From positions 8,343 to 72,342 of the forward strand of contig CAYYTQ010000003.1 in the NCBI GenBank assembly GCA_964474805.1: a stretch of DNA of 64,000 nucleotides. Reading direction: 5' to 3'. Positions 1 through 9,406 of this stretch are shown here, piece by piece; the stretch's first letter is position 1, and each line of letters starts with the position of its first letter. Origin of the DNA: an uncultured Gammaproteobacteria bacterium. GTDB taxonomy: Bacteria > Patescibacteriota > Patescibacteriia > 2-12-FULL-60-25. The translations under genes and the position numbers were made by a program. Under the pieces are notes generated by a model that worked only from the letters and a program-made list of their open reading frames with translations, was not told the DNA's origin and did no database searches.

Positions 1-826
1 GAACGGCCGCCGAGAACGCTTCCAAGATGACTGTCGGCTGGTTTTCCTGAAGCCGAGAAGGCATGAGCAAGGCCCGCGCCAAACGAAGAACGGCCTGCAC
101 ATCGACGCGAGGAAGCATCCCTAAACAACGGGCGTTCGGCAAAACCTCAACAGCCGGACGCAATGGCCCCTCTCCAATACACAAAAAAGACTCGTTCGGA
201 TGGCTCCGAATAATCTGCAGCAAAAAATCCGCACCTTTATCTTCTGAAAGCCGACCGATGAAAAGCCACGGGGCGTCGAGACGAGTACGCGAAGGAATGA
301 ACGATTCCGGTGCCGGGTTCGGTAACACGACTGCTCGCGCAAACTTAAAACCTCGACGTTCGTGTGCCTTTAGCAACCATGCCGTCGGTGAAACGACTCG
401 CGTAGGCTCACCGAAGGCCATTTGGCGCCAGGCCGACCATCCCCGTTGCCACCACGTCACCCGATCCGCACGTGCCTGGCCGGATGGCTCGAATAGCTGA
501 ACATCATGCAGCACATGAACCCAAGGCACACCCGCACTTCTGAACCAACGACCCGTCCCCCAGCCCACCCCCGTGAGGTTATGGGTGACGACGAGATCCG
601 GTTGCCAAGCGATGATTTCTGGGCAATCAGGCGAAGGTCGCCGATCCAAAAAGAGATGCCCGAATAAGCGAAAAAGCAGGCCACGCTTGAGCCATTCGGC
701 TCGCCGTACCCAAACCCGCACCTCATGGCCGGATGCCTGCCAAAGGGCCACGAGTTCCGCGGTAATAACGCCTGCCCCACCCTGCGCCTCGGGCGGATAG
801 GCATTCGTGATTACGGCGATCCGCAT
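1..826 (-). CDS. Glycosyltransferase family 4 (partial; 3' end lies beyond window start)
   Basis: Absent from the supplied ORF track because it has no stop in the window. My own minus-strand translation from ATG at 826 reads MRIAVITNAYPPEAQGGAGVITAELVALWQASGHEV...HVLHDVQLFEPSG...FIGRLSEDKGADFLL...PSRLQENQPTVILEAFSAAV and stays open to nt 2 (275 codons). It has a GT4-type N-terminus and a C-terminal E-x7-E region. It overlaps the upstream GT4 stop by 16 nt. Confidence 0.8.
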   Translation of the reverse strand, partial: MRIAVITNAYPPEAQGGAGVITAELVALWQASGHEVRVWVRRAEWLKRGLLFRLFGHLFLDRRPSPDCPEIIAWQPDLVVTHNLTGVGWGTGRWFRSAGVPWVHVLHDVQLFEPSGQARADRVTWWQRGWSAWRQMAFGEPTRVVSPTAWLLKAHERRGFKFARAVVLPNPAPESFIPSRTRLDAPWLFIGRLSEDKGADFLLQIIRSHPNESFLCIGEGPLRPAVEVLPNARCLGMLPRVDVQAVLRLARALLMPSRLQENQPTVILEAFSAAV

Positions 827-1911
827 ACGACATCGCGATAGGCCCGCTCCAGTTGGGTGACGAGCGCTTCCTTCTGAAAACGACTCTCAACCCAGGCACG
901 GGCGTTCTTGCCCAACGATTGGCGCCAAGCCGAGTCCTGCATGCGTCGCAAGGCCTCTGCCAAAGCAGAAACGGAGCGGGGCATAACCAGAAGGCCCGTC
1001 TCGCCGTCCCGCACGACGGTCCGGACCCCAGGCAATGCCGAAGCAATGACCGGTGTTCCGCAGGCCTGCGCCTCCAGCGCGACCAACCCAAACGCTTCCG
1101 CACCGCTTGTCGACGGGGAAACGACGACATCCGCTCGCTGATACGCCTCCTTGAGCACTTGGTCGGAAACGCGTCCGGCGAATGTCACTCGTCCGGTAAG
1201 ATCCATCTCGACGGCCATCCGCTCAAACATGGGCCGTTCCTCCCCTTCTCCAATGATGGTCAGGTGTACGTCGTTCACCTGTTGCAGGGCAGCGAACAAT
1301 ACGGCCAACCCCTTGAATTGATGGGCACGGTCTAAGACGCTCACGAAAAGCGCCTGCAGCTGGGGCCCGGAAGAGTGCGGAGCCGGATGGAACGCCTGCG
1401 TATCAACGAAAAATGGTAGCTCCTCCCATCGTTCAGGGGTACATTGCCAATTCTTCGCAGCGGAAGAGGCGCCGACATAATCCAGTGAGGAGGCAAAAAA
1501 TCGTGAGATGCGGCGGAACAGGGCGGGCTGGAGAATCCGCTGATGCAGCCGCACCGCCAGCCCAAGTGGGCCACGCGGCATGGCGTCCATATGGAACGTC
1601 GCCACGCAAGGCTTCGGGGTCGTTTGCGCCAACAAAAACTCCTGTACGCCATAGAATGGGAGGTGGAGATGGAGCAGGTCGACCCCTTCCCATAATCCCC
1701 TCATATCGCGCAGTACAGCCCCATTCCCCCACGCAAACGCGACTGGCCAGGGACGGATCAGCGGATGCGCCGCCGGGGACCCCTTCACTGCTGGCACGAC
1801 CACATCGACCTCGTGCCCGCGTTCGTGCAAGGCCTCGGCCCAACGGAGCGCGGCCGTCCCCATCCCGCCTAAACGCGGAGGAGCAACGCACACGAGATGG
1901 CGGATGCGCAT
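811..1911 (-). CDS. Glycosyltransferase family 4
   Basis: 366 aa. The C-terminal Glycos_transf_1 signature is VSPSTSGAEAFGLVALEAQACGTPVIASALPG. The N-terminus is MRIRHLVCVAPPRLGGMG. Confidence 0.85.
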   Translation of the reverse strand: MRIRHLVCVAPPRLGGMGTAALRWAEALHERGHEVDVVVPAVKGSPAAHPLIRPWPVAFAWGNGAVLRDMRGLWEGVDLLHLHLPFYGVQEFLLAQTTPKPCVATFHMDAMPRGPLGLAVRLHQRILQPALFRRISRFFASSLDYVGASSAAKNWQCTPERWEELPFFVDTQAFHPAPHSSGPQLQALFVSVLDRAHQFKGLAVLFAALQQVNDVHLTIIGEGEERPMFERMAVEMDLTGRVTFAGRVSDQVLKEAYQRADVVVSPSTSGAEAFGLVALEAQACGTPVIASALPGVRTVVRDGETGLLVMPRSVSALAEALRRMQDSAWRQSLGKNARAWVESRFQKEALVTQLERAYRDVVCGSP

Positions 1912-1912
1912 A

Positions 1913-2254
1913 TCAGGAACGCTTCTGTGCCTGGCGGAAGGCTTCGAGGGCCTGGTGTTGGACGAGCTTCGTCATCTGTCGTTCCAGGCGGTCGTGCGCC
2001 AAGGCCAAGAGAAAGACACAGAAGAAGAGACTGATGACGGCGATATACAAGATGAAGTCTACCCCACGGCCGATGCCGACCGTATTCGCGAGCAGGTTCG
2101 TCGCTTCCGGACGCCAGATGAGGACCAGCCCCGCTCCCCACACCCCCGTCCAAAAGAACCCCTCAACAAACCGAAAGACGCGCTGGCGCACGCGCCGCCA
2201 GGTCAGGATCAAGGCCGCAAGAAAGACGGCCGCAAACACCCATTGGAAAATCAT
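1913..2254 (-). CDS. Small integral membrane protein, DUF2304-like
   Basis: 113 aa with 3-4 hydrophobic helices (MIFQWVFAAVFLAALILTW...). It sits immediately downstream of a GT2, the position typical of the DUF2304 family. The family call is from memory of the family, not from a search. Confidence 0.6.
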   Translation of the reverse strand: MIFQWVFAAVFLAALILTWRRVRQRVFRFVEGFFWTGVWGAGLVLIWRPEATNLLANTVGIGRGVDFILYIAVISLFFCVFLLALAHDRLERQMTKLVQHQALEAFRQAQKRS

Positions 2255-2257
2255 AGG

Positions 2258-2941
2258 CTACGAGCGTTGGAACGCGCCAAGGATCAGCTTCCACGCGACC
2301 TTGAGGGCGTCGGTCCCTTTTTGTCCTTTCTTAAGGGAATACTCGGTGTAAATGACGCGGGCCGGCACTTCACGCCAGCGCCAGGATGAGCGCGTGACTT
2401 TCCCCAGGATTTCGGAGGCATGAGCCATGCGGTCCTGGTGAAACGTGAGGTCGCGGGCAGCGGTGGCGGAGAGGGCCCGGAAGCCCGTCTGTGGATCGGT
2501 GACGGCGGCCGGGATGCCGAGCACCCAGCGGTTGAATTGACGGATTCCCCAGATCAAGAACCGACGGCTCGCCGGCATCCCTTCAGCCCGGATCCCCATG
2601 AAGCGCGATCCGAAGACGATATCGGCCTCTCCGGCCACGATCGGAGCGACCAGGGTCGCGATGCTTGTCGGATCGTGCTGGCCGTCGGCATCAAGATGGA
2701 TGACGACGTCCGCCCCCAATTCGAGAGCTGCAGCGGTCCCCGTGCGCAGGGCCGCGCCTTGGCCGCGGTTGAGGGAATGACGAAGTAAGACGGCTTGGGG
2801 ATGCGTCACGGCCGCCGCCGTCCCATCCGTCGAGCCGTCATCGACCACGACGACCCCTTCGACGTGCGGCGCCACCAATTCAAGCACGCCCGGAAGACGG
2901 GCGGCTTCTTGGTAGGCGGCGATGACGGCAATGCGACGCAT
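2258..2941 (-). CDS. Glycosyltransferase family 2 (polyprenol-phosphate hexosyltransferase-like)
   Basis: 227 aa with motifs VVVVDDGSTDGT and HLDADGQHDP. The short soluble GT2 architecture resembles DPM1/GtrB-type enzymes. Confidence 0.85.
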   Translation of the reverse strand: MRRIAVIAAYQEAARLPGVLELVAPHVEGVVVVDDGSTDGTAAAVTHPQAVLLRHSLNRGQGAALRTGTAAALELGADVVIHLDADGQHDPTSIATLVAPIVAGEADIVFGSRFMGIRAEGMPASRRFLIWGIRQFNRWVLGIPAAVTDPQTGFRALSATAARDLTFHQDRMAHASEILGKVTRSSWRWREVPARVIYTEYSLKKGQKGTDALKVAWKLILGAFQRS

Positions 2942-3016
2942 AGGCCCAGACTACGGCGTTTTTCCGCGTTCGGCAACGGGATCGGCTGCCTTTTCCCAAA
3001 AAAGGCTTATTTTCCG

Positions 3017-4036
3017 CTAAAACGCATGGAAGCTCAACAAATGACGGTTGGCCATCGTGTAGGCGATCGTCTCTTTGAGCCCATTTTCCAAGGTCACGAG
3101 CGGCACCCAGCTCAGTTTCTCTTTCGCCTTGGTGAGATCCGGCAGGCCGAGTTGGGTCAAGAACAGGAGCGCCGGCTTAAAGGTGATAGTCGAGGCACCG
3201 CCGGTCATCTGGAGGATGCGCTTGGCGACGTCCATCACACGGATGTCGACATCGCTGCCAAAATTCACGGGACCAATGTCCTTCGGCGCATGCATGAGCT
3301 TCATCATTCCGTCGACGACGTCGGATACGTAGAGCAGCGCCGTCGCGAAGGTCTCGTCGCCGTAGATCTCGACCGGCTTGCCCTCGAGGGCGCTCGTGAT
3401 GAAGTCGGGGATCAACTGGCCATCGTAGAGCGGCATGCGCGGGCCATAGACGCGGAAGATGCGAGCGATCTTGATCTCGAGGCCATGAACTTGAGAATAG
3501 GTCGCGCAGACGGCTTCCGCGAACCGCTTGCCTTCGTCATAACAGGCGCGCGGTGAGAGCGCGTCGGAGGTCCCGATCTCGTCTTCGCGGAAGGCGTGGT
3601 TATCCGCCTGGCGGTTGCCGTAGACGACACAGCTCGACGCGAACACGGTCTTCGCTTGATAACGCAGGGCGACATCCAGCACGTTCTTCGTGCCGACGCT
3701 GTTGGCGAGGAGCGTCTGCATGCGGTATTGCTCGAATTTCTTGGGGCTCGTGGGACAGGCAAGATGGTAGACCTCCTGTATACCCTGCACTTTCACCTGA
3801 AAACGCGCGAGCTCCGGAAAGGCATCAAGGTCGATCGGCTGGTTGATATCGTGGCGAATGAATTCGAAATCGGGATGCTTCAATAGATGGTCGATGTTGG
3901 ATTCCTGGCTTGTGACGAAGGTATCCAGGCAGATGACCCGACCCTCACGCAGCAACTCCTCGCACAGGTGTGAACCGATAAACCCGGCCCCGCCCGTCAC
4001 GAGAATGTTCTTCTTTTCAATGATCGTCGCAGGCAT
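3017..4036 (-). CDS. NAD-dependent SDR epimerase/dehydratase, divergent UXS-like paralog 1
   Basis: 339 aa with TGGAGFIGSHLCEELL, VICLDTFVTSQESNIDHLLKHPDFEFIRHDI and catalytic CYDEGKR (YxxxK intact). It carries an insertion (DLDAFPELARFQVKVQGIQEVYHLA) relative to the canonical UXS at 31542-32489. Confidence 0.8.
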   Translation of the reverse strand: MPATIIEKKNILVTGGAGFIGSHLCEELLREGRVICLDTFVTSQESNIDHLLKHPDFEFIRHDINQPIDLDAFPELARFQVKVQGIQEVYHLACPTSPKKFEQYRMQTLLANSVGTKNVLDVALRYQAKTVFASSCVVYGNRQADNHAFREDEIGTSDALSPRACYDEGKRFAEAVCATYSQVHGLEIKIARIFRVYGPRMPLYDGQLIPDFITSALEGKPVEIYGDETFATALLYVSDVVDGMMKLMHAPKDIGPVNFGSDVDIRVMDVAKRILQMTGGASTITFKPALLFLTQLGLPDLTKAKEKLSWVPLVTLENGLKETIAYTMANRHLLSFHAF

Positions 4037-4123
4037 AGATGCGGGTAGGGTACCATACCGACCGGAAGCGCGAAAAAAGCGCCCGTTACATGCGAGCGCC
4101 TTTCGTTGAAGAACGGCCCTTTT

Positions 4124-5131
4124 CTACAACCCGAACTCCCCGACCTCATGATGTTTCGACCGCGCGTAGTCGACCATCCGCTTTAACCCTTCATCGAGGC
4201 GGACGAGGGGGAGCCAATGGAGAAGCTGGCGCGCTTTATGGATGTTCGGCAATGAGGCCTGGACGAGCGTCTCCTGGGCGCGGAAGCGGATGCGAGCCGT
4301 CGAACCCGTCAGACGGAGAACGTGCTCAACGACCGTGCCGAGGCGGACCTCCTGGTCGGAACCGAGGTTGAGCACCCGGAAATCCATGGCATGCTCCATC
4401 GCCTTCACGAGGCCATCGACGATGTCCGTTACGTAACACAGACTGAGCCGCGCGTCTTCGGAGTGGGGCAACTCCAGGTCTTCGTGAGCGAGCGCGGCCC
4501 GGATGAGATCTGGCAAGAGAAACCCCTCCCCAACCTTCAGCCGTGGCCCATACGCAGGAAAAAGCCGAACGATCTTGGCTGGAAAGTGATGGACGTCTGC
4601 GTAGGCCTGCACCATCGTCTCCGCGAACCGATGACTTTCGTCGTACGTGGAAGACGGCAGCAGGTGGTCATCCCAACAGCGGGCATCTTCGGCGACATAC
4701 GGTTCGCCGGTCGGCTCATACAGCGTGGATGAGGAGGCAAGCAGAACCTTTGCCTTGAAACTCGCAGCCAATTCGAGGATGTGACGAAAACCCGTGGAAT
4801 GCGTCTGCAGGGTCGCGAGACGATAGCGTTCGGAGGCGTGCTTCGCCACTGGTGAGGCGAGATGGTAGATCTCCTGGATGCCGTGGACGCGCACCTGGAA
4901 CCGGTCGAGTTCACGGTGCGCCAACAGGTCGAGCGGCTCGTTGATATCGTGGCGAATCAGCTCGAAATTCGGCTGCTGCAGGAGACCCTGGATATGGGCC
5001 GGCGTCCCCGTCGAAAAATTATCAACGCAGATGACATGAGCGCGGCGAGCCAAGGCTTCACAGAGGTGCGAGCCTAGGAACCCTGCACCGCCGGTCACGA
5101 GCACCGTCTTCTTGTCAAAGGAAGGAGCCAT
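4124..5131 (-). CDS. SDR, divergent UXS-like paralog 2 with YxxxH in place of YxxxK
   Basis: The track ORF is 4124..5200. I prefer ATG at 5131 ([27 protein letters not shown]). It has VICVDNFSTGTPAHIQGLLQQPNFELIRHDI. The catalytic region reads STYDESHRF, with His where Lys is expected. ASSSTLYE replaces ASTSEVYG. Confidence 0.75.
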   Translation of the reverse strand: MAPSFDKKTVLVTGGAGFLGSHLCEALARRAHVICVDNFSTGTPAHIQGLLQQPNFELIRHDINEPLDLLAHRELDRFQVRVHGIQEIYHLASPVAKHASERYRLATLQTHSTGFRHILELAASFKAKVLLASSSTLYEPTGEPYVAEDARCWDDHLLPSSTYDESHRFAETMVQAYADVHHFPAKIVRLFPAYGPRLKVGEGFLLPDLIRAALAHEDLELPHSEDARLSLCYVTDIVDGLVKAMEHAMDFRVLNLGSDQEVRLGTVVEHVLRLTGSTARIRFRAQETLVQASLPNIHKARQLLHWLPLVRLDEGLKRMVDYARSKHHEVGEFGL

Positions 5132-5228
5132 AGGCCGTATGATACGGCGCGGCGGGCGTTTCGACAACTGCACAGGATTTTCCCTCCATCCTTGAAACAT
5201 CTCCCCATTTCGGGCACGCTGGCGCCAT

Positions 5229-6605
5229 ATGGTGCCCCCGGCCTACCGCCTCAAACAGCTCGCCTTGCTTCTCGGCGACCTGCTGACCTTCGAGCTCGCC
5301 CTGATCCCGACCCTGCTGATCCGTTACGGCACCCTCCGCTGGGATGACCTGGCCCGCCACGTGCCCGCCTTCGGATGCGTGGCCGCTTTATGGTGCGTCA
5401 GCTTCTACATCAACCACCTCTACGACCTCGAGGCGAAACCGCCCCTCCGGCTGCTGCGGACGTACCTGGAAGCGATGCTCGCAAACCTAGGGATCGCGAT
5501 CGCCGTCTTTTACCTCCTCCCCTTTAACATCGCGCCACGGACAAACCTATTCCTCCATTTCCTCTTGAGCCTGTTCCTGGGCTACGGCTGGCGCGTCCTG
5601 TTCCACCGGTTCGCTGTCGAGACGCAGAGACCGGTCTCGTTCCTGTACATGGGCGATCCACATTTTCTGCAGAACGCCAGCCAGCTGCTGAAGCGGAACC
5701 AGTACGGCTTCGTCCTTGGTTCGGCCTTCTTCCCACCCGAGGCGGAGCTCACGGAAGAGGCGCGTCGCCTGCCCGTGATTACCTCAGCACAAGCCGTGAT
5801 CCGGGCCGTTGAAGCGCGCGAAATCCGTGGGATCGTGATGGACCGCAAGGCTTCGCTGGAGCCGGCGGCCTGTGACATCGCCCGCGCAGCCCTTTTCGCC
5901 GGCATCCCGATTTTCGACCTGCTCGACCTGGAAGAGACGATCGACGGGCGCATCCCCCTGGGACAGCTCTCGGAGACCTGGCTCCTCATCCATCTACAAG
6001 AAGCAGAAAAGCGCCTCTACGACCAGCTGAAGCGCGTCCTCGATCTCCTCTTCTCTATCCCGTTTGGGATCGCGGCGCTGCTGTGCATGCCATTCCTATG
6101 GATTTTGAACCTGTTCTTCTCGCCGGGGCCGCTCCTCTATCGCCAGGAACGCGTCGGGCAGCACAACCGGCCGTTCGCACTCTGGAAATTCCGCACGATG
6201 CGACTGGACGCAGAAAAGAACGGTCCACAGTTCAGCGGCGCGACCGATGGCGACCCGCGCGTGACCAAGATCGGGCGTTGGCTGCGCAAACTCCGCATCG
6301 ACGAGCTCCCACAAATCTGGAACGTCCTGCGCGGGGACCTGTCCTTCATCGGCCCACGGCCAGAACGCCCGGAATTCGTCCAACCACTGCTCATACAAGA
6401 ACCGGCCTACACCCTGCGACACATTACACGTCCAGGCTTGACGGGTTGGGCGCAAGTGACTTACCTCAAGCCAAACGAACGGAATGAAGACAACCTTACG
6501 AAGCTCCAATACGACTTGTACTATCTGAAACATCGCTCGCTTATCCTGGACGGACTGATCCTCCTCAAGACGATCGGGATCGTGCTCCGTAGGCAAGGAG
6601 TGTAG
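5229..6605 (+). CDS. Polyprenyl-phosphate sugar-phosphate transferase (WbaP/exopolysaccharide initiating enzyme family)
   Basis: 458 aa with N-terminal TM helices. The C-terminal Bac_transf domain reads KRVLDLLFSIPFGIAALLCMPF...YRQERVGQHNRPFALWKFRTM...DPRVTKIGRWLRKLRIDELPQIWNVLRGDLSFIGPRPERPEF. Confidence 0.9.
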   Translation: MVPPAYRLKQLALLLGDLLTFELALIPTLLIRYGTLRWDDLARHVPAFGCVAALWCVSFYINHLYDLEAKPPLRLLRTYLEAMLANLGIAIAVFYLLPFNIAPRTNLFLHFLLSLFLGYGWRVLFHRFAVETQRPVSFLYMGDPHFLQNASQLLKRNQYGFVLGSAFFPPEAELTEEARRLPVITSAQAVIRAVEAREIRGIVMDRKASLEPAACDIARAALFAGIPIFDLLDLEETIDGRIPLGQLSETWLLIHLQEAEKRLYDQLKRVLDLLFSIPFGIAALLCMPFLWILNLFFSPGPLLYRQERVGQHNRPFALWKFRTMRLDAEKNGPQFSGATDGDPRVTKIGRWLRKLRIDELPQIWNVLRGDLSFIGPRPERPEFVQPLLIQEPAYTLRHITRPGLTGWAQVTYLKPNERNEDNLTKLQYDLYYLKHRSLILDGLILLKTIGIVLRRQGV

Positions 6606-6610
6606 CCCTT

Positions 6611-7258
6611 ATGTTCTTTTTTCTCCTGCGGGAACTCGCAAAACGAAAAAGCCTCACGCGCGCCCTCCTGAACGCGGAACTGCGCGCGCATCGACTAAAG
6701 GGAACCGTCCTCGACGTCGGCGGCGGTAAGCATCGCGATTATTTGGGATTTCTACAGATCGAAAAGGATGCGAAGATTCAGACGGCGGACCTCCTTCCCC
6801 GCGAGCAAGGGGCAAAACAGCTCGATTTTGAGACTGATTCCCTCCCCTATAGGGACGGAAGCCTCGATCAAATCATCGTCTTCAATGTTCTAGAACACAT
6901 CTTTAACCATCAATTCCTGACGAATGAGATGCGCCGCGTCCTCAAGCCGGGCGCACCTCTCTTAGGCTTTGTCCCATTCCTTATCAATTACCATCCGGAT
7001 CCGCACGATTATTTCCGGTATACGAAAGAGGCGCTGCAACGGATCTTCGCACACGCGCAATTCGAGAAGATCACCATCAAGACGCTCGGAGGCGGACCGT
7101 TTTTCGTCGCATTTAATACAATCGCCCTGTCCATCCCGCGCCTGGTACGCCTCGCCACCTTCCCCGTCTGTTACGCATTAGATATGCTTTTCCTTCGTCT
7201 ACGTCCACATGCCCGAGAACGGTTCCCACTCGGATATTTTTTCGTGCTCGAACGATGA
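6611..7258 (+). CDS. Class I SAM-dependent methyltransferase
   Basis: 215 aa with VLDVGGGKHRDY (motif I), DQIIVFNVLEHIFNHQ and VLKPGAPLLGFVP (Methyltransf_11-like). Confidence 0.75.
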   Translation: MFFFLLRELAKRKSLTRALLNAELRAHRLKGTVLDVGGGKHRDYLGFLQIEKDAKIQTADLLPREQGAKQLDFETDSLPYRDGSLDQIIVFNVLEHIFNHQFLTNEMRRVLKPGAPLLGFVPFLINYHPDPHDYFRYTKEALQRIFAHAQFEKITIKTLGGGPFFVAFNTIALSIPRLVRLATFPVCYALDMLFLRLRPHARERFPLGYFFVLER

Positions 7259-7262
7259 CCAT

Positions 7263-8414
7263 ATGAAACGTCTTTTCCTTCTTTTCCATGGGCGTTTTCC
7301 TAGCGAAAAAGCAGCCAGCCTCTTCACCGCCAAGAACGCCGAGGCGTTTGCACGTGAAGGGCTGGAAGTCACGCTCCTCGTGCCCAAAAGACGTGGTCAG
7401 CTGGAAACCGACCCATTCGCCTACTATCAGGTTGAACGGAATATCCGAATCATCTACTTGCCAACGGTCGACTTGTTTTCCGTTCCATTCTTGCGGCACA
7501 TTGCTTTTAAATCCAGCCTAGTCGCCTTTTCATTGAGTGTTTTCCTGTGGCTGCGACGGCATGCCAGCAAAGGCGAGATCGCGTATTCCAATGAAACGCT
7601 CCCTCTTTATGCAGCCTCGCTTCTCTCATTGAAGACGTTCTACGAAGCGCATGAGCTTCCGCGCCAGAAAACCTGGTTCTACCGGCAACTCTTCGGTCGA
7701 GTGCGCGGGATCGTGACGAATAACTCCTGGAAAAAAACGCAGCTACAACAGCTCTTTTCCCTCCCTGATGAACAGGTCCTCTGTGAGTTGAATGCGGTCG
7801 ACTTAGCCCAATTCGAAACCAGACACCCCCAAGAAACGGCGCGCACCCGCCTCTCGCTACCGCCCCAAAAAAAGATTGCTCTGTATACCGGACACCTGTA
7901 CGACTGGAAGGGGGTGGATATCCTTGCGGCCGCTGCAGCCCATCTTCCCGTAGACGTTGAGACGTATTTTGTAGGCGGTACAGAGGAGGACGTGCACCGC
8001 TTCCGCGCGCAATTCGAACAACAACAGCGTCTACATATTATAGGCCATCGGCCACACCAAGAAATGCCGCTCTGGCAAGCTGCCGCAGACGTACTTATCG
8101 TCCCAAACACGGCAAAAAAAGCGATCTCTAAATACGACACCTCCCCAATGAAGATCTTCGAGTACATGGCAAGCGGGAAACCGATCGTCGCAAGCGACCT
8201 ACCATCAATCCGCGAAATCTTGAACGAAACAAATGCCCACCTCGTCCCCCCCGACGATCCAATGGCTCTTGCGGATGGAATTCGCAAGGCTCTTACCGCA
8301 CCAGAAATAGCCGCTACGCGCGCCAAACAAGCGTCCCAAGATGTACGCAGTCACGGCTGGGCAGAGCGAGCTCAACGGATCATCTGCTTTCTCCGCGAAC
8401 GATCTCATCCGTAA
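7263..8414 (+). CDS. Glycosyltransferase family 4
   Basis: The track ORF starts at 7209 and overlaps the previous gene. ATG at 7263 (MKRLFLLFHGRFPSEKAASLF) lies 4 nt after the upstream stop. The C-terminal motif is PNTAKKAISKYDTSPMKIFEYMASGKPIVASDLPSIRE. Confidence 0.8.
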   Translation: MKRLFLLFHGRFPSEKAASLFTAKNAEAFAREGLEVTLLVPKRRGQLETDPFAYYQVERNIRIIYLPTVDLFSVPFLRHIAFKSSLVAFSLSVFLWLRRHASKGEIAYSNETLPLYAASLLSLKTFYEAHELPRQKTWFYRQLFGRVRGIVTNNSWKKTQLQQLFSLPDEQVLCELNAVDLAQFETRHPQETARTRLSLPPQKKIALYTGHLYDWKGVDILAAAAAHLPVDVETYFVGGTEEDVHRFRAQFEQQQRLHIIGHRPHQEMPLWQAAADVLIVPNTAKKAISKYDTSPMKIFEYMASGKPIVASDLPSIREILNETNAHLVPPDDPMALADGIRKALTAPEIAATRAKQASQDVRSHGWAERAQRIICFLRERSHP

Positions 8415-8464
8415 AGAAGCGGGGTAACTTATCCTGCACGCCCATTCTTCGACCATCCACACTC

Positions 8465-9406
8465 CTAATAGAATACCATCGTCGAATCGCGATTCTCAAA
8501 AAAGCGGGTCTTCCCTTGATAATAAGCCCAATCCATGGGTTCACGTCGCATGACGATGAAGGGGATGTTGCCATAATAGGCGGCGAAGGCTCCGAAGGTG
8601 CTGTTCGAGCCGATCACGACATCCGTCGCAGCTAATAGATAAAGGTCTGTCACCGCGTCCTGGCCGCTCAAAACGACATCGAGACCAGCGAAAGATGCCA
8701 GATCGACTGAGCCATCAGATGCAAGGACAAAGCGGGTCGAGCGCGGATCACGGCCCGTCACAGTGAGGAACTCGAGCAAGATTTCTCGCACCCGTGTGAC
8801 CTCGAGCGCATATGCGCCGTCGCGCCAGTACCGATAATCACCTTGTCTGAAATGGACGCCCACCAATTGCCCGCAGCCTTCACGCAGGGCTAGAACACGC
8901 TGCTCGACCCGTTCCCGGATATCCACGCGCGGTTGGAAAAAGGCGCGGATCTGTGAACGATACCGTTCCAGACCGACCGGATTACGGAAGAGCCACCCAT
9001 CAAAATACAGATCCCCTGATGCCTGTTCAGCCTGCAGAAGTTGACCCTGTGATTCCACGCTTGGTGGCAGATAAAACGGTGCCGCCGCGACGGCTGGATG
9101 CCTCACAAGCGTCGCTCGATGGCACCTGGCCCGAACCGCTGCATACCATCCATACACCTTCCGCCACGCGCGACGTCGAAACGTCCCCTTCCGTTTTGTA
9201 TAGCCCTTAAACGGCAGAAAAAATAGCCATTTTAGCAGACGACTCGGCGGTTCAATCGCGAAGGCTGCACCATACTCAAAAAAACTCGGGTTCTCAAGAT
9301 GATAGCCGCGCTCACAGGCATATGCGAAGAGGCTGATATAGTTCCAGAGCTGGTTGGCTAGCTCTCCACCAGAAGCAGCCAGGATGACCACGCGACGCCG
9401 CCTCAT
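8465..9406 (-). CDS. GT11-like glycosyltransferase (alpha-1,2-fucosyltransferase family-like)
   Basis: 313 aa with SGGELANQLWNYISLFAY (compare GGLGNQLFQY), VGVHFRQGDY (compare HVRRGDY) and IGSNSTFGAFAAYYG (compare SNSTFSWWAA). ATGA overlap with the upstream gene. Confidence 0.65.
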   Translation of the reverse strand: MRRRRVVILAASGGELANQLWNYISLFAYACERGYHLENPSFFEYGAAFAIEPPSRLLKWLFFLPFKGYTKRKGTFRRRAWRKVYGWYAAVRARCHRATLVRHPAVAAAPFYLPPSVESQGQLLQAEQASGDLYFDGWLFRNPVGLERYRSQIRAFFQPRVDIRERVEQRVLALREGCGQLVGVHFRQGDYRYWRDGAYALEVTRVREILLEFLTVTGRDPRSTRFVLASDGSVDLASFAGLDVVLSGQDAVTDLYLLAATDVVIGSNSTFGAFAAYYGNIPFIVMRREPMDWAYYQGKTRFFENRDSTMVFY

